Shown: positions 63,901 through 64,000 of the stretch, in pieces
Position numbering within the stretch: the stretch's first letter is position 1
How the letters are laid out: each line of letters opens with the position of its first letter
Assembly (NCBI GenBank): GCA_963847445.1
Contig: CAWJZV010000008.1
Location: 64,001 to 128,000 of the forward strand
DNA: 64,000 nucleotides
DNA from: an uncultured delta proteobacterium
GTDB taxonomy: Bacteria > Desulfobacterota > Binatia > UBA9968
Direction: 5' to 3'
Program-made: the position numbers and the translations under genes
Notes under the pieces: generated by a model
What the model saw: only the letters and a program-made list of their open reading frames with translations
Databases searched by the model: none
What the model was told of the DNA's origin: nothing

Positions 63901-64000
63901 TACGCCGGTCACGGCGGCTATGACAAGGACAACCCGGCCGGAAGCGGCTGGATCTTCGGCAAGGACTGCGTCCTGTCCGCGCGGGAGATCTTCCGCGCGC
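60976..64000 (+). CDS. Lipase/acyltransferase + macro-like + CHAT (caspase-like) multidomain protein, 3'-truncated by window
   Basis: Own translation from ATG 60976, open to the window end: FLHGITGSDL, FAYDWR, LVAHSMGGL, MLGTPNYGS, GDGRVP; then LLKGDITEV..VVGHYKG..AGMG..LIGSG; then YPWE, VLIIADP, LPGARREG, DIVHYAGHG. Confidence 0.85.
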   Translation, partial: MKKTTKAKRSTAATRKPATRAAAAVEVERRVSALDWKELATGLGGATRGTGGISENDLRDYFGAEEFERLQQLAGFSQTVRSRSAPLGNVIFLHGITGSDLGVAAGSGEPDEVWVNFFRLINGRIERLKLAADGAKEADRTWRVVPMGVNKRYYARAVLALGGRWNVTPFAYDWRKDIDDSSNELAKLIRRDFQGKPVHLVAHSMGGLVCRNFIRLHQDLWEAMKDPGLVRGGRLIMLGTPNYGSFAIPQVITGQDKMISLLATLDVRHDLGELLEVTNSFVGSYMMLPAPAKLTPALQKLYRGETWGESTGLVSQRHLDRSYQFHHDLEAAAPTIDPTRMIYVAGCRQATLSGLKIASRGDFDYELTYAGDGRVPHDLGLLENVPTYYVDEAHGDLARNESVIAAVDELLERGQTATLGTQVLRAVKRAAPTMRDYRTPEDKQLIEDLGRLARKAEATHQAVRGAGARADETERAALRATFTDEEARFAEDAIVKAALGGRGRPAQQIAVQPMSPAVRAQIKPINVTLLKGDITEVEAPLVVVGHYKGVPPTRAVGAIDHKLGGWIERAGRLGMIGGNLGETFFVPNVANALKAGGAVLAGMGEFGKFTRDDLVLLMSNVTIGVSALGLKGYASVLIGSGEGNLDRESALKAFLEGVAAGAERFEKESDGRLAASRSLTIVEKYDAPFKSLEEQLRRLAGPQSSRAGKERTSGRKSARPQGKASRIDEAEANAPITLTVKKGARSAAKPAQRDRAGKRADVPSSLDEVRLTVEQLKEGTFRFSALAETAVVPVREVEINATFARGAADRLMSSTTRDEQIKFGELLYTYLVPEDFHRMIDSGKPLKLILDRSTASYPWEMACFRSAQNPNRVSSLGVDLRVTRQFRTLLSSAPGMKPVLNRNLKVLIIADPAREPDYQLPGARREGREVASVFRNFPAKQHGIFIEVDEHIGPDQCDPVEILALLLSGAFDIVHYAGHGGYDKDNPAGSGWIFGKDCVLSAREIFRA

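Overview
A GC-rich bacterial chromosomal window. The mass of orphan solute-binding proteins, amidohydrolases, TctC receptors and class III CoA-transferase resembles Candidatus Binatia/Binatota; this taxonomy is inference only. Many genes are broken by single-base indels, most likely long-read consensus errors. Core content: a class III aminotransferase, a dpp-type ABC module with three tandem Tat-signal SBPs, five FbpA-like and three NMT1/THI5-like SBPs, several amidohydrolases, ptsP, an M16 peptidase pair and aromatic/CoA-catabolic enzymes. The most interesting loci are four. (1) An AT-rich ~2.3 kb insert (45.7-48.0 kb) encoding a DUF3990-like ADP-ribosyltransferase-fold protein, a small partner and a convergent macrodomain-SEFIR/TIR fusion, a candidate undescribed NAD+/ADP-ribose defence system. 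(2) A three-gene operon in which a short BoxB-like di-iron CoA-epoxidase is paired with a thioredoxin-fold [2Fe-2S] ferredoxin and a stand-alone NuoF-like flavoprotein instead of BoxA, with a perfect 18-bp palindrome upstream. (3) A >1000-codon lipase + macro-like + CHAT (caspase-like) gene running off the right edge and missing from the ORF track. (4) A decayed toxin-antitoxin cluster with a hairpin element inserted in brnT, next to a DDE transposase. Several distinct families of short palindromic or heptamer intergenic repeats also occur. No rRNA, tRNA or CRISPR array was seen.
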